Assembly: GCA_963828735.1 (NCBI GenBank)
Contig: CAWHFW010000001.1
Coordinates: 1-64,000, forward strand
Reading direction: 5' to 3'
Length of the DNA stretch: 64,000 nucleotides
Source: an uncultured Gemmatimonadales bacterium
Lineage (GTDB): Bacteria; Gemmatimonadota; Gemmatimonadetes; Gemmatimonadales; GWC2-71-9
Part shown: positions 1 to 10,693 of the stretch, piece after piece
Layout of the letters: every line of letters begins with the position of its first letter
Numbering within the stretch: the stretch's first letter is position 1
The notes under the pieces: model-generated
The model's input: only the letters and a program-made list of their open reading frames with translations
Database searches by the model: none
What the model was told of the DNA's origin: nothing
Program-made: the position numbers and the translations under genes

Positions 1-35
1 CTCCATCCGCCTTCGCGCCACCGAGCGAGCATCCG

Positions 36-1361
36 CTACAGGTTCGCCACGAGCCGATGCATCCGGCGAAGCGTGCGCCAGTAGATGTCTTCCATGAGGA
101 TGTGCGCGAACTCGCCGTTGCGACCGATGCTGTACAGGCCGTCAACGCCGGTGTCGTGTTCGAAGGCCTGCCGATCGGATTCGTACTCCCGCAGGAAGAG
201 CGGGTAGGCGATAGGGGTCCGCGCCACGCGGGCGCCGATATACCGCCGGCGCACGTCCGGGATGATCGGCTCGAGATGCTCGAGCGCCAGATCGGCCAGT
301 TGCTCGACGGGCATGGTCCAGAGCGGTTCGGTCGTCTCACACCCGAAATCGACATTGATGATCGTCTTCCCGGGCGGCGCGAGCCAAGGCATGGACCACG
401 TCGTCTCGGTAAGGCGGAAGAAGGGAAACCGCCGCTCCGGAACCCAGGTGACGACGTCCGGGAGGAGCCGCCGCCCCTGCAGGCGAAGATTGAGCAGGGT
501 CATCGGCCGATAGCGGAACCGCGCCAAGGGGCGGAGTGCGTCGGTCCCGGAGACGAGCTTCGCGAGAATGTGGACTGGAGCGGTGCTCACGACCGCGGAG
601 GCTTCGTGCGTCGTCCCGTTCACTCGTACCCCGACCACCCGCCCGTCCTCGACGAGAATTCCCTGCACGGGCGATTCGAGGCGGACGTGACCGCCGAGCT
701 CGCTCGCGAGGTGATCGCACAGCATGCCGACGCTTCCCTCGGGATACACGTGCCAGACGTTCGGACTCTCGGGCATCTCACGCGAGTAGCCGTTGGCGAC
801 GGCGCGCCCGCTGAGGCGGCTGGCCATCTTGAGCCGCACGACATGCGCGGCTCCCCGATCAACCTGAGGCGGGATGACGGACGGGGCGAGGTCGCTGGCC
901 GGCACGCCGGACCACGCCTCCACCAGTGGGATGGCGATCTCCTCAGCCAGCCTGGGTCCGTAGTTCGCCCGATACCACTCGGCGGCGGAGTCGGGTGCCT
1001 TGGACCGACGCGGGACGATCCGGGTCGCGGCGGCGCTCATCACATAGCGGGGCGAGCGCATGAGGCCGAGCGGGAAACCGTACGTCCGACCCCGGATGAA
1101 GACCGTCTCCCCATAGTGCTCGACGTCGTGGCACTGCGCGCTCACCCCGAGGGCAGCGGCGAGGCGGTTGGTGATGAAGTGCGCGCCATAGTCGCAGACG
1201 AATCCCTCTTCGTCGCGATAGCTGGCGGCGAGCCCCGCGATGTGCTTGCCGGCCTCGTACACGGTGACGGGGACGCCGCGTCGGTGCAGCTCTCTCGCCG
1301 CCACGAGACCAGCGATTCCCGCGCCGAGCACGGCGACCGGCGCGCGTGCAGGGGCGATCAT
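36..1361 (-). CDS. FAD-dependent oxidoreductase (HemY/UDP-galactopyranose-mutase-like flavoprotein family)
   Basis: N-terminal dinucleotide fold VAVLGAGIAGL...VTVYEAG...GL, then DYGAHF; C-terminal YSIGRNGEF. ATG at 1361 overlaps the upstream gene's TGA (ATGA). Confidence 0.8.
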   Translation of the reverse strand: MIAPARAPVAVLGAGIAGLVAARELHRRGVPVTVYEAGKHIAGLAASYRDEEGFVCDYGAHFITNRLAAALGVSAQCHDVEHYGETVFIRGRTYGFPLGLMRSPRYVMSAAATRIVPRRSKAPDSAAEWYRANYGPRLAEEIAIPLVEAWSGVPASDLAPSVIPPQVDRGAAHVVRLKMASRLSGRAVANGYSREMPESPNVWHVYPEGSVGMLCDHLASELGGHVRLESPVQGILVEDGRVVGVRVNGTTHEASAVVSTAPVHILAKLVSGTDALRPLARFRYRPMTLLNLRLQGRRLLPDVVTWVPERRFPFFRLTETTWSMPWLAPPGKTIINVDFGCETTEPLWTMPVEQLADLALEHLEPIIPDVRRRYIGARVARTPIAYPLFLREYESDRQAFEHDTGVDGLYSIGRNGEFAHILMEDIYWRTLRRMHRLVANL

Positions 1362-2252
1362 GGGTGCCCGCTCGACCGGCGGAGGCTCAGCACCAACCAT
1401 CCGCCCTTGCCCAAGTGCCGGGCAACCCCTTCGATCACGCCCGCGACAACGCCGGGAACGAATGACCTGGCTGCAAATCCGCCCGAGAGCCAGGCCGGTG
1501 CTCCCCAATCCTCCAACCACCGCCGTGCGGACTCGACCCACGCCGCCGTGTTTCCGATCGTCTCGTGGGCGTCGAGCTCCAAACCGCCCCGGCTGGCCAG
1601 GTCGCGAAGCGCCCGCAGGGAGAGGACCCTACGCTGCCGTGGCACGTCGTAAGCCGCCCAATGTCGCCCGCCGAAGGCGCCGAAGACGGCCGCACCCAGG
1701 TGGTTGCCGACGACGATGATCCGACCTTCTGGGACGAGCACGGATCGCACGGTCCGAAGGGTCGCGAGCGGATCGTGGACATACTCGAGCGAACGGAACA
1801 GCAGGGCGACGTCCGCGCTAGCGGGGGCCAGGTGGATGATCGACTCGGCCTCGACCGCATCGATCGTCTGCGTGGGGATGGCACGCGTTCGGAGGCTGAC
1901 CGTCTCCAGCGCGGTTGCGCCCACCACGATGATCCTCGCGCCCGCGCCCGCGGCCCGGCAGCATCGCTCGGCCAGGCGCATCTCGGCGGAGGCCGGCAGC
2001 CATGATGGGCGCACCTCCGGCGCTTGCCGGTCCACGACGTTTGATGGAGGCGGGTGAAGCACCAGCGACTTGCATCCCGAGCATTGGAGGGCGAGCGTGG
2101 CGCTCCCCCGGGTCCCGTTCCTCGAAGTCCTCGCAGACGCCCACAGGCGCGAACTCGACGTCTCCGCAGAGGGGGCACGTCGGTGGCGAGAGGGCATCCT
2201 CGGACGTGCTCGCATCCAGGCTGGGTTCAGTCGCCGCTTGCGTCGCGAGCAT
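1358..2252 (-). CDS. Class I SAM-methyltransferase-like protein with N-terminal Zn ribbon; one apparent +1 frameshift at about 2115
   Basis: CPLCG lies in the 1818..2588 frame and CSGC in the 1358..2272 frame. Removing one G joins them as DFEERTRGSATLALQCSGC. SLEYVHDP...LVPEGRI and WAAYDVPRQ match glycan-locus Methyltransf_23-type proteins. Confidence 0.65.
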
Positions 2253-2268
2253 GTGTGTCCCGCCTGGC

Positions 2269-3343
2269 TCAAATGGTAAGCGGCGTTCCGTTGGTAAGCG
2301 GCGTTCCGTCGGTAAGCGGCGTTCCGTCGGAAGCGGCGTTCCGTTCGTTGACGGGATCGTCTGGAGCGGCTCGAGCACCGTAGTCCGGAGCGCGGATGTA
2401 GGAGCCGGAGGCGCCTTCGCTGCGCTTCTGGATTCCGCGGCCAGCAGGCTGCGCTGGTATTCGCAGACGCGTCGGACGCCTTCCTCGATCGAGATCCGCG
2501 GCTCGAATCCCAGCAGCTTCCGCTGGCGCTCCAGCGTCGGCCGTTTGATGAGGGTCATCTTCGGCGGGAGCCCGACCGTCTTGATCAAGCCGGGATCGGC
2601 TCCGAGCTCGAGTCCGAATCATCTCGGCGAGCTCCGCCATCGGCACGATGTGCGGGTGGCCGATGTTGATCGAGGTGTAGTCGTCCACATAGGCCGCTGC
2701 CTCGATCGCCCGCACGGCATCCGACACGTGCAACCAGCCGCGGGCGCTGCCGCGGTGCACCTCGATCGGCAGGCCGCGCGCCAGGTTGGACGCGAAGCGG
2801 ATCATGGCCGAGCGGTGGTCCCCCATCTGCTCGGCCTCAGTGTAGATCATGCACGGCCGCAGGGTAACCGCCCGGAGACGACCCGAGCGGCACTTCGTAC
2901 TCCACGAGCTGCTCGCCGAGCCACTTGGACAGCCCGTACCGGTTGTTCGGCTTGGGGCTCCCGGACGAGTCGTTCAGCAGGCGGTTCCCCGGTCCGTACA
3001 CCTCGGACGTCGAGAAGTAGACGCACATGCTCTCGGCGCGGGCGCAGAGCTGGAGCACGTTGTTCACGCCGGCAAGGTTCGTGGTGATGCTGAGCGAGCC
3101 GGCCTGCTCGCACGTCATCCGGCCGACGCACGCGGCCAGCAGGAAGACCACGTCCGGGCCCCAATCGAAGGCGGGTAGCAGGTCGAGGGGATGCGTGATG
3201 TCGGCCATGAGGTAGTTTGGCCGCCAGCCTGGCCGAATATCGACCTCGAGCACCTCGTAGCCCGTCTGGCGCAGATAGGTGGTGAGCGGAGCGCCGATGT
3301 TTCCGGCCGCGCCGATGACCAACGCCCTACGATAGTTTGGCAT
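2269..3343 (-). CDS. NAD-dependent epimerase/dehydratase (extended SDR), split by apparent frameshifts at about 2890 and 2612
   Basis: GAAGNIG Rossmann motif, STSEVYG, catalytic YGLSK. Continues as LRPCMIY...RGWLHVSDAV...INIG, then LLGFEPRISIEEGV, across three frames. The 3' end depends on the tandem repeat at 2275-2345. Confidence 0.8.
2275..2345. repeat. Tandem repeat: 3 x 18 bp plus one 17-bp copy, unit GGTAAGCGGCGTTCCGTY
   Basis: Copies at 2275-2292, 2293-2310 and 2311-2328. The copy at 2329-2345 lacks one T. Confidence 0.95.
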
Positions 3344-4376
3344 GCTCGAGCCTCGGATGCTGTGGGTCAGCGTCGGTCAGGGACAAGGCCAGCTCAGCCC
3401 GCGGCCGGTGGCGCCGGGGCACGTGCTCGGCAAGTCGGTGTGCCAGCAGTCGCTCCGCATGCACGCCCATGGTCACCACTTCGCATGCTTCCGCGTAGAC
3501 GCGGAGCACCTCCGCGAACGCCTCGTGCTTCGCCGCGGCCGGGAGTCGCATGCCGGGGAAGAACGACAGCTGGGGCACTTCGTCGCCGCTCAGCAGGTCC
3601 AGCGGGTGCAGCAGGAAGCTCGGCTGCGTACCCGTGGCCCGGCAGGCGGCGAGCGCCGTGCGCAGATACGCGTGCATGAGCCCCCTGGAATAGCCGCGCA
3701 GGTAGAGCAGGTAGCTCATGTGGAACGGTGTCTTCACGATGGGAATCGTCGTCGTCGGGATCTCGAGCAGTCGGCGGCCGTCTCGCAGGCGCCACCGGTA
3801 AGGACCCGCGGGGCGGAGGCCCTCTCGCGCCGATCCGAAGAGCGTCGCGCGGCGCTTCCGTTCCACCGAGTCGAGCTTCGCGGTGGCCAGGAAATAGAGG
3901 CGAGCCAGGGATCCGAGATAGGTCGGCAGAGTGGAAGCGTCGAAGCGATATCCCCGCTCGGCGAGGACCTCCAGGAGCTCCGGCGACCAGCTATAGCCGG
4001 GCGCCCGGAAGCCTACCGGCGCCTGTCCGGTGACCTCCCCCAGGACCTGCTCCGCCCGCGCGATCTCGTCCACCAGGCGCCGCCGGTCATGCAGGTGCAT
4101 CCAGCATTCGTGGGAGAACGAGTGGTTCCCGATCTCATGCCCGCGTTCAACGATGGCGCGCAGCAGGGGCACGTTGGCGGGCTGCGTCGCGTCGAAGCCG
4201 ACCACGAACACCGTGATCCTGAGGCCAAGGCGGTCGAGCTCGTCCAGCAGGCGGGGCACGAAGAGCGGCAGGTACGAGGGACGGTCGACCCAGCTGGCAT
4301 CGCCCCGCGTTCGCAGGTAGGTCCACAGATCGTCGAGATCGAGCGAGAGGCTGGCGAGTGGCTTCGCGCTGCTCAT
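3327..4376 (-). CDS. Polysaccharide deacetylase (CE4/NodB-like)
   Basis: Motifs LSLDLDD, HEIGNHSFSHE, GFRAPG and LLHPLD. ATG at 4376 overlaps the upstream stop. Confidence 0.85.
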   Translation of the reverse strand: MSSAKPLASLSLDLDDLWTYLRTRGDASWVDRPSYLPLFVPRLLDELDRLGLRITVFVVGFDATQPANVPLLRAIVERGHEIGNHSFSHECWMHLHDRRRLVDEIARAEQVLGEVTGQAPVGFRAPGYSWSPELLEVLAERGYRFDASTLPTYLGSLARLYFLATAKLDSVERKRRATLFGSAREGLRPAGPYRWRLRDGRRLLEIPTTTIPIVKTPFHMSYLLYLRGYSRGLMHAYLRTALAACRATGTQPSFLLHPLDLLSGDEVPQLSFFPGMRLPAAAKHEAFAEVLRVYAEACEVVTMGVHAERLLAHRLAEHVPRRHRPRAELALSLTDADPQHPRLEHAKLS

Positions 4377-5752
4377 GCGATGGCCCTCGGCAGCGGCTCC
4401 GCCGCGCGGGCAGCGAGAGCCGGACGAAGGGAGATCGCGGCCGAGTTGGCCAGACCGATGGTCTCGTTCACATTCAGGGTTCCGTTGACGATCTGAGCCG
4501 AATTGACGACGAAGAGGTTTGGCAACGACGTGTGAGCGTGCGGCCTGCACCGAGCGGAATAGTCCAGCGTGGTGAGCGCCAGCATCTCCCGTACTCGTGA
4601 CACCTCGAACGCGACGACGTCGCTTCTGCGGAACTCGGGGTACATTCGCTCCAAGGCCGCCACGAACAGCTCGCGAATCTCCTCCGCCGGCTTGCTCCAG
4701 AACGGGTCATCCTGGGCGAGATACCGCGGGAGGTAGACCAGCGCATGCCCGCCGAATTGCCTCCGGTCCACGAGGGCCGTCATCTCGATGACCGCCGTGA
4801 ACGGGACCGTGGGGTCGGTGATGTTGGTGATGTAGTAATCCGCGAGCGACCGCCGAAGCAGCATGGAGGCGCAGGTGATGCCCTGATAGACCACCCGCCC
4901 CAGGCGCTCGTGCTCGTCCGCCGACAGCTGAGGGCAGAGGCGCCGGATGACGCCGCACGACACCGTGAGAATCACCTTGTCGAACCGCAGTCGCTCCCCC
5001 GAAGCCAGTCGGACCGTGACGCTGTCCCCGGCGTCGTCCACCTCCGCCGCGGCCGCTCCGCATCGGATGGCGACCCCGTCGGTCCTGAGTGCCGAGGCGA
5101 ACCGATCGAGGATCGTGGCGTACCCGCCGTCGACGTACCCGAACGTCTCCCGCTTCATGCCCGACTGCCGCGCTCCGTACATCCGGGCGATCGTCGCCCA
5201 GATGAACGCCGCGCTCGTCAGGCGATAGTTCTCTCCCAGCTTGCTCTTGAGCAGCGGGAGCCACACCCGCTCGAGCGTGCGTTTCCCCGACAGCCGCTCC
5301 AGCCAAGCCGCCACGGGAATCTGCTCCAGCGGCCGCCAGTCCCTGAGCTGGGCGGCGTAGACAAGAGTCCCCGCCAGGCGGAGCTTGTCGATCGTGGACA
5401 GAGCCGGGAAGGTGAGGAACTCCGGCGTACTGGAGATCGAATGCAGGCGCCCGTCGATGAAAAACCCCGTTTTCGTCGTAGCCCAGCGAAGGGAGTCGGT
5501 TAGCCCGAGCTCCGCCAGGAGGTCCTGCAAGCACTGGTCGGAATGAAGAATGACGTGGTAAAAGCGGTCCCAGGTGTAGTCACCCACCCCATGCGAGCCC
5601 GTCAGACCACCGATTTCCTTTGCTGCTTCGATGAGGGTGACCTGGAATCCCGCGCGCTGAAGTCGCCACGCCAGGGACATGCCGAGGATGCCCCCGCCAA
5701 CAACGCCGATGGAGCCCATATGTCGCGGGACGCGGCCGCTCTCGAAGGTCAT
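4373..5752 (-). CDS. NAD(P)/FAD-dependent oxidoreductase (amine oxidase/HemY-like, glycan-locus type)
   Basis: VVGGGILG...LIEAAKEIGGL, WDRFYHVI, GYVDGGY. The start could alternatively be the MGSIG Met. Confidence 0.8.
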   Translation of the reverse strand: MTFESGRVPRHMGSIGVVGGGILGMSLAWRLQRAGFQVTLIEAAKEIGGLTGSHGVGDYTWDRFYHVILHSDQCLQDLLAELGLTDSLRWATTKTGFFIDGRLHSISSTPEFLTFPALSTIDKLRLAGTLVYAAQLRDWRPLEQIPVAAWLERLSGKRTLERVWLPLLKSKLGENYRLTSAAFIWATIARMYGARQSGMKRETFGYVDGGYATILDRFASALRTDGVAIRCGAAAAEVDDAGDSVTVRLASGERLRFDKVILTVSCGVIRRLCPQLSADEHERLGRVVYQGITCASMLLRRSLADYYITNITDPTVPFTAVIEMTALVDRRQFGGHALVYLPRYLAQDDPFWSKPAEEIRELFVAALERMYPEFRRSDVVAFEVSRVREMLALTTLDYSARCRPHAHTSLPNLFVVNSAQIVNGTLNVNETIGLANSAAISLRPALAARAAEPLPRAIA

Positions 5753-6030
5753 TTCTTCAGATCAGAGCGGCCGAAGAGCCCGCCCGTGGGACGCGAGTAT
5801 CTCAACTGACGGGACAAATGCCGGCAGCCTCGTGAAAACAACGGCTCGAGTGTTCGACGGATACTGCCGGACGCATTGAATCGCCCCGAGGCGGGCGGAC
5901 GCAGCTTCCAGCGGCGACAAGTGACACCGCGTCGCCGGTGCACGGCGAATCTATGGATGTCTGAACTGGCTAAATCAGGAACGCAACATACTGCGTCACC
6001 GCTGGGGTTCAGATGGGCAGTAACTACCCA

Positions 6031-7738
6031 TCATCTCGCGGGTTCCGTCGCCGTCCCGCGAACCTTTCCTGCGGTCCGATCCCGCGATCGCGCTCGTGCG
6101 AACGCCAGGCGGGCAAGCAAGCCGAGGTGCGCCCAAACCGTCCGGATCACCCTCATCTTCGAGCGACCCAGGACTCGCGCTTCCAACGCGGCCGGGTACT
6201 CCTCCACCCGTTTCCCGGCGAGGTCGAGTTTGCCGACGAGCTCCACGAGGCCGAGGAAGCCGGGCTCTCTCAGATCCAGGGCAAGCACCACGCTTCGACG
6301 GTACACTCGAAAACACGCGGTGTAGGTGTGCAGCTTCTGAATGAGGACCACCCGGTATAGGGCGGACGCGCACTTGGACAGTGTGAGCCGCCATCTTGGA
6401 ACGTTGTGCACCATGCCTGATGGGTGATACGGTGAGGCGGTGACGAGGTCGACACCGTCCGACAGCAGGGGGATCATCTGCTCGAGTTCGTGCGGGTCAT
6501 AGGTGCAGTCGCAGTCGATCGAGCAGACGATCTCGGTGCTGGCCGCGCGGATGCCCGTCAGGATGGCCGCAGAGACCCCGCGATTGATCTGGTGACGGAT
6601 CACGCGGTACTCCGGCCGGCCGCCGAACGCGAGGTCGAGGGCCATCGGGGTGTTGTCCGTGCTGCAGTCATCGACCAAGATGAACGTCGGCGAGTAGCGT
6701 GCCTTGAGCTTCGTGGAGACCTGGTCCAGGGTATTTCCCAGGTAGGGAATGACCGACTCTTCATTGAAGCACGGCACCACCACGCTCACCGGTACGCGCG
6801 CGGTTGAGCCCTCCGCTTGGCCGGTAGAGCCACCCACGGCGGCTGAGGTGGCCGTCAGGTGGGGCACGCGAGGCGGCCGAAGTGTGGCGGGTCCGCGAGG
6901 CAGCCCGAGGCGGTCTGCGACGGTCTGAACGCGGTGTCGGTCCAGGAAGTCCCTGAGACGCGCCTCCATCCGGTCTAGCCGCCGGTAGTGGCGTCGGCGC
7001 GCCAACAACGGACCCGAGGCGATCCTCGGCTGGTCGGGGTCGAGCTCCCACGTTGCCATCCGGACGGCGATCGGAGCCTCCGACTCCGCCCCCCACTGCT
7101 CGAGTACGCGCCCGAGGAGCCAGGTCGCGCCGCGACGCATCTCCCCAGACCACACGGGGATCTCCCACACCGCGCCCCCGGGGAGCGAGTGGAGCCCCGC
7201 GCCCTGGCCCATCGAGGCCTGCCTCCAGGTCGCTCGGAGACTCGAATCGTAGGCATAGCCTGCCGACGCCAAGTCCCGGACCACCGTGGTGAGCGAGCCA
7301 CGATCCAACTCGCGACTCGCGCGATACCCCCGCACTACGCTGCCGCTCACCCGCTCCAGCACCTCGCGGGTGACCGCTGCATCGTCGCGCCAGGCACTCC
7401 CAGCGTTGCCCGAAACGCCACGCTGATCCCCGGCTGGCCACTTCGTGTCCTCGGCTCGCCACGTCTCGAACGAGGTCGGGAGCGACCTCGGCGACCCACG
7501 CGCTCACGAACACGGTCGCGCGCGCCCCGGCGTCATCCAGAAGGCCAAGGGCACGTTCGAGCCCGATTCCCAGACGCCGCTCGAAACGAGTCCAATGCCT
7601 CGGCTCGAGCACGCCATGGAACGCGGGGGACTGGTAGTAGTCTTCCAGGTCTATCGTGAGGAGAGGCTGGCAGCGACGCATAGCGATGACATCCATGCAG
7701 GCCTGCGGCCGAGGGAGGACGCTCCCCTTGGCCAGCAT
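6031..7738 (-). CDS. Fusion of a polysaccharide-deacetylase-like (DUF3473-type) domain and a GT2 (DPM-synthase-like) glycosyltransferase; apparent +1 frameshift at about 7410
   Basis: N-terminal TIDLEDYYQ, ATVFV, HEVASRG, GYRA, YAYDSS, WELDPDQPR. C-terminal VSVVVPCFNEE, VDDCSTD, NRG, DCD, ASPY. The start may be 7738 or 7696. Confidence 0.75.
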
Positions 7739-8033
7739 GTCGGGAGCGGCGCAACAATTCTAGTGTGGTCTCCAGCCTACTCTACATTCCGTTCGTGTCG
7801 GCGCAACCCCAAAGAAGGTGCACCGCACCAGAACGTGAAATAGGGAGTTCGTGCCTAGGCGACGCTGCGTCAGGACTGCGACATATTGTCGCGAGCTTCG
7901 CTTTCCGGCCGATGGTCGCGCTCGAGAGGCGTGCGTACTATTCCTCGGGCAGCGCCCGTGTGTGGTGCGATTGACGGCGTCGGACTCTTCCGACCCTGTG
8001 TGAGGACGAGAGACCTACCGAGGATAGGATCGA

Positions 8034-8952
8034 ATGGGGAAGGCACGAGGTGGACTTGCCGAAGCCGCCAGCCGACTCGAGGGGCTGCTCTATGCCGGCG
8101 GATGGCCGGTTCGCCTGGCCCGCGCTCTCGGCGTCCGTCCGTCGGTGAGAGTCGTTCGGCATACGGTCGCACTTCCGTCGTTACAAGGCGGGGGCGCGCC
8201 CCCTCAAGATCGCGTTCGCCTCCGACTTTCATGCCGGTCCGACCTCCGATCCGGCAGTCCTGCGCCAAGCCTGCGAAGCACTCCGGGTCGCGCAGCCTGA
8301 CGTCCTCCTGCTGGGCGGGGATTTCGTGACCTTCGTTCCCGCCGAGATCGACTGGCTGGCCCCGGAGCTCGGCGCCATCACCGCGCCGCACGGACGCTAC
8401 GCCGTTCTGGGAAACCACGACTGGTGGGCCGATACGCCGTACATCGTCGAGCGCCTCGAGTCGGCCGGGATTCAGGTGCTCACCAACCGCAATGTCCGGC
8501 TCGATTCACCGTTCGACGACATCTGGATCTGCGGGTTGGACGATCACTGGTGCGGTGAGCCGGACGCGGAGGCGGCCTTGAGTGGTGCGGTTGGCAGCCG
8601 GGTGGTCCTGATGCATTCCCCCTCGGCCCTGCTGGACCTCGACGGGGCCCGATTCGACCTCGCCCTGTGTGGCCACACCCACGGCGGCCAGCTGGCTCTC
8701 CCGGGTGGCATTCCGATCGTCGTGCCCCACGGGCCCCTGTCTCGACGCTATGGTCGCGGCCGGTTCGCCCTCGAGGATGGGCGGACGCTGATCGTGAGCG
8801 TCGGGCTCGGATGCGTCGTCGTGCCGCTTCGACTCTTCGCGGATCCGGAGATCCTCATCTGTGAGCTCACACCCTCGGTTCCCACGAGCACCCCGGACCG
8901 AGCGGCTGCCTCCCGCCGCCCGGCGGCCGGCCGACTCCCGGCTGAGCCGTGA
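8034..8952 (+). CDS. Calcineurin-like metallophosphoesterase (YkuE/YaeI-like); apparent +1 frameshift in the G5/C5 run at about 8190-8203
   Basis: SDFH, GGDFV, LGNHD, LMHSP, CGHTHGGQ. The N-terminal 8034 frame joins the 8326 frame. Confidence 0.8.
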
Positions 8953-8971
8953 GTGCCCCGGGCGATGGGCC

Positions 8972-9719
8972 TCAATCGCCTTCCACCGCGGTCCCGCCCA
9001 CGCATCAGGTCCCCCTCGGTCAGGCCCATCGCATTCTTGGCGTATTCCTTGAGGGCCATGAGGAAGGCTGCGACGAGCGCTGCCGCAAACGCGCCGATGT
9101 AGAGCACCGTGAGCTCGGTGAAGAAGGGAATGCCGTCGATGCCGGTCGAGCGAAGGACCTGCTCCCGAGCGGTACGAGGCGCCACAGCACCGCTCGCGCT
9201 GTCCGCGGCCGATCGTTGCCGAGGAGCAAGGGCAGCGCGACCGACGTCACGCGCTGCGTCCGGGTTGGGAGGAGCCAAGCCTAGTTCTTCCGGTCCCGTC
9301 GCGAGGGTGACCGACTCGGTCAGCCGACTGGTATACCTGCTCACGCAGTAGAATGATGTGAGCAGCAGCAGGACCGGAAGGACGGCCACCAACGCGCGGC
9401 CTGCCCGCACGGCCATTCCGGGCCGACGATAGAAGATTTCGTACTCCGACGGACGGCGCATCAGCCGGCTGAACATGGCGCGGGCGAGCAAGTCCCGGAT
9501 GTAGAAGAGATATCCGAGGATGAGCAGGCAGACGACCGGGGTGTAGAACACCAGGAACCAGGCATGGGCCTGGTACGAGGGCAGGAGCTGAAACAGGGTC
9601 ACCGGGATTGGAAGGAACGCGATCGCGAGCGCACAGAGGCTGAGCGCGACCTGAAAGGCCAGCGAATAGCTTCGGCTTACGTTCCCTCGGCGGCGCTCGA
9701 TCCCACTCGAATCAGGCAT
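8972..9719 (-). CDS. Hypothetical integral membrane protein (about 4 TM helices)
   Basis: Four hydrophobic stretches. The raw ORF runs to 8748 and overlaps the convergent gene by about 200 bp. Removing one G near 8997 gives RGGTAVEGD* ending at 8972. Confidence 0.55.
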
Positions 9720-10099
9720 TGGGTCGCGAACTCCCGTCAGCTAGCTCGGTCCCTGGCTCGGTGACGGACCCGGGACACCTCCGTGACCGGCTGATACCGG
9801 TCTCTCTGCCGGGATGTGGCTTCCTGTCTATGGGAAGATTCTTCCTGCTTCCCGGGCCCCAGCTCCACAGTATTTTCTGGGGTGAGAACCGTCGGGAATG
9901 CCCGTCACTCTTGGCAGGCTGGGTCAGGGTGACCGCGTTTGGGCTGCGGGTGCCGCCTGAACGGGACCCGGTGGCTCCGGCTTGTTCTGCCCCTTTGGCC
10001 CGTTCATCGATTTTCGAGATTGCCCCCTGCGCCTGAGCACCAGACCGCATGGGGGCCCATTCCTACGGTGCGCTGAATGAGGCTCGCAAGCGTGTGAGT

Positions 10100-10693
10100 G
10101 TGGCAAGACTTCAGAATCGAGAGCTTCGAGTCGTAGGGATCGCGGGGAGCCTGCGTCGCGCTTCGTTCAACCTCGCGCTCCTCCGGGCTGCTCAGGGTCT
10201 GACGCCCTCGACCCTCAGGATCGAGATCGAGGCCCTCGACGAGATTCCCATGTTCAATGCCGATCTCGAGTTGGCTGGGACCCCGGCGTCGGTGCGGAGG
10301 TTGCGAGACGCCGTCGGGGGCGCCGATGGTCTCTTGCTGGCGACTCCTGAATACAACCATGGTGTTCCCGGCGTGCTCAAGAACGCGATCGACTGGCTGT
10401 CCCAGCCCGTTCGGGCGAGCGTGCTCAATGGTAAGCCGACGGCGATCATGGGAGCCTCCACGGGCCCTGCGGGCACAGCGCGGGGCCAGTCCCAGCTCCG
10501 CCAATCGTTTGTCCTGACCAACACTCCGGTGATGTTGCAGCCCGAGATTCTGGTTGGTCGAGCACAGGACAGGTTCGATCCCGATGGCCGCCTGCGGGAC
10601 GAGGATGTTCGGCGCGTGCTCGCCGGCTTCCTCACCCAGTTCGAGATGTGGATCCTCCGGCACTGCACCTCTGGAACGATCGAACGCGCCTAG
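10100..10693 (+). CDS. NAD(P)H-dependent FMN reductase (ChrR/SsuE flavodoxin-like)
   Basis: GIAGSLRRASFN, ATPEYNHGVPGVLKNAIDWLS, GKP, GAS, QLRQ. The start could be 10049, 10094 or 10100. Confidence 0.9.
   Translation: MARLQNRELRVVGIAGSLRRASFNLALLRAAQGLTPSTLRIEIEALDEIPMFNADLELAGTPASVRRLRDAVGGADGLLLATPEYNHGVPGVLKNAIDWLSQPVRASVLNGKPTAIMGASTGPAGTARGQSQLRQSFVLTNTPVMLQPEILVGRAQDRFDPDGRLRDEDVRRVLAGFLTQFEMWILRHCTSGTIERA

Noticed and set aside
2275..2345. Short direct repeats as a possible mini-CRISPR
   Set aside because: The units are contiguous with no spacers, lie within a coding tail, and no cas genes are present.
5753..6030. Possible small gene or ncRNA within the glycan operon (5749..5943 ORF)
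   Set aside because: No recognisable motif, hydrophobic pattern or RNA family signature; could be untranslated.
8748..8971. 200-bp convergent overlap between the membrane protein and the phosphoesterase
   Set aside because: It disappears if one G near 8997 is removed, giving a stop at 8972, consistent with the window-wide +1 pattern.
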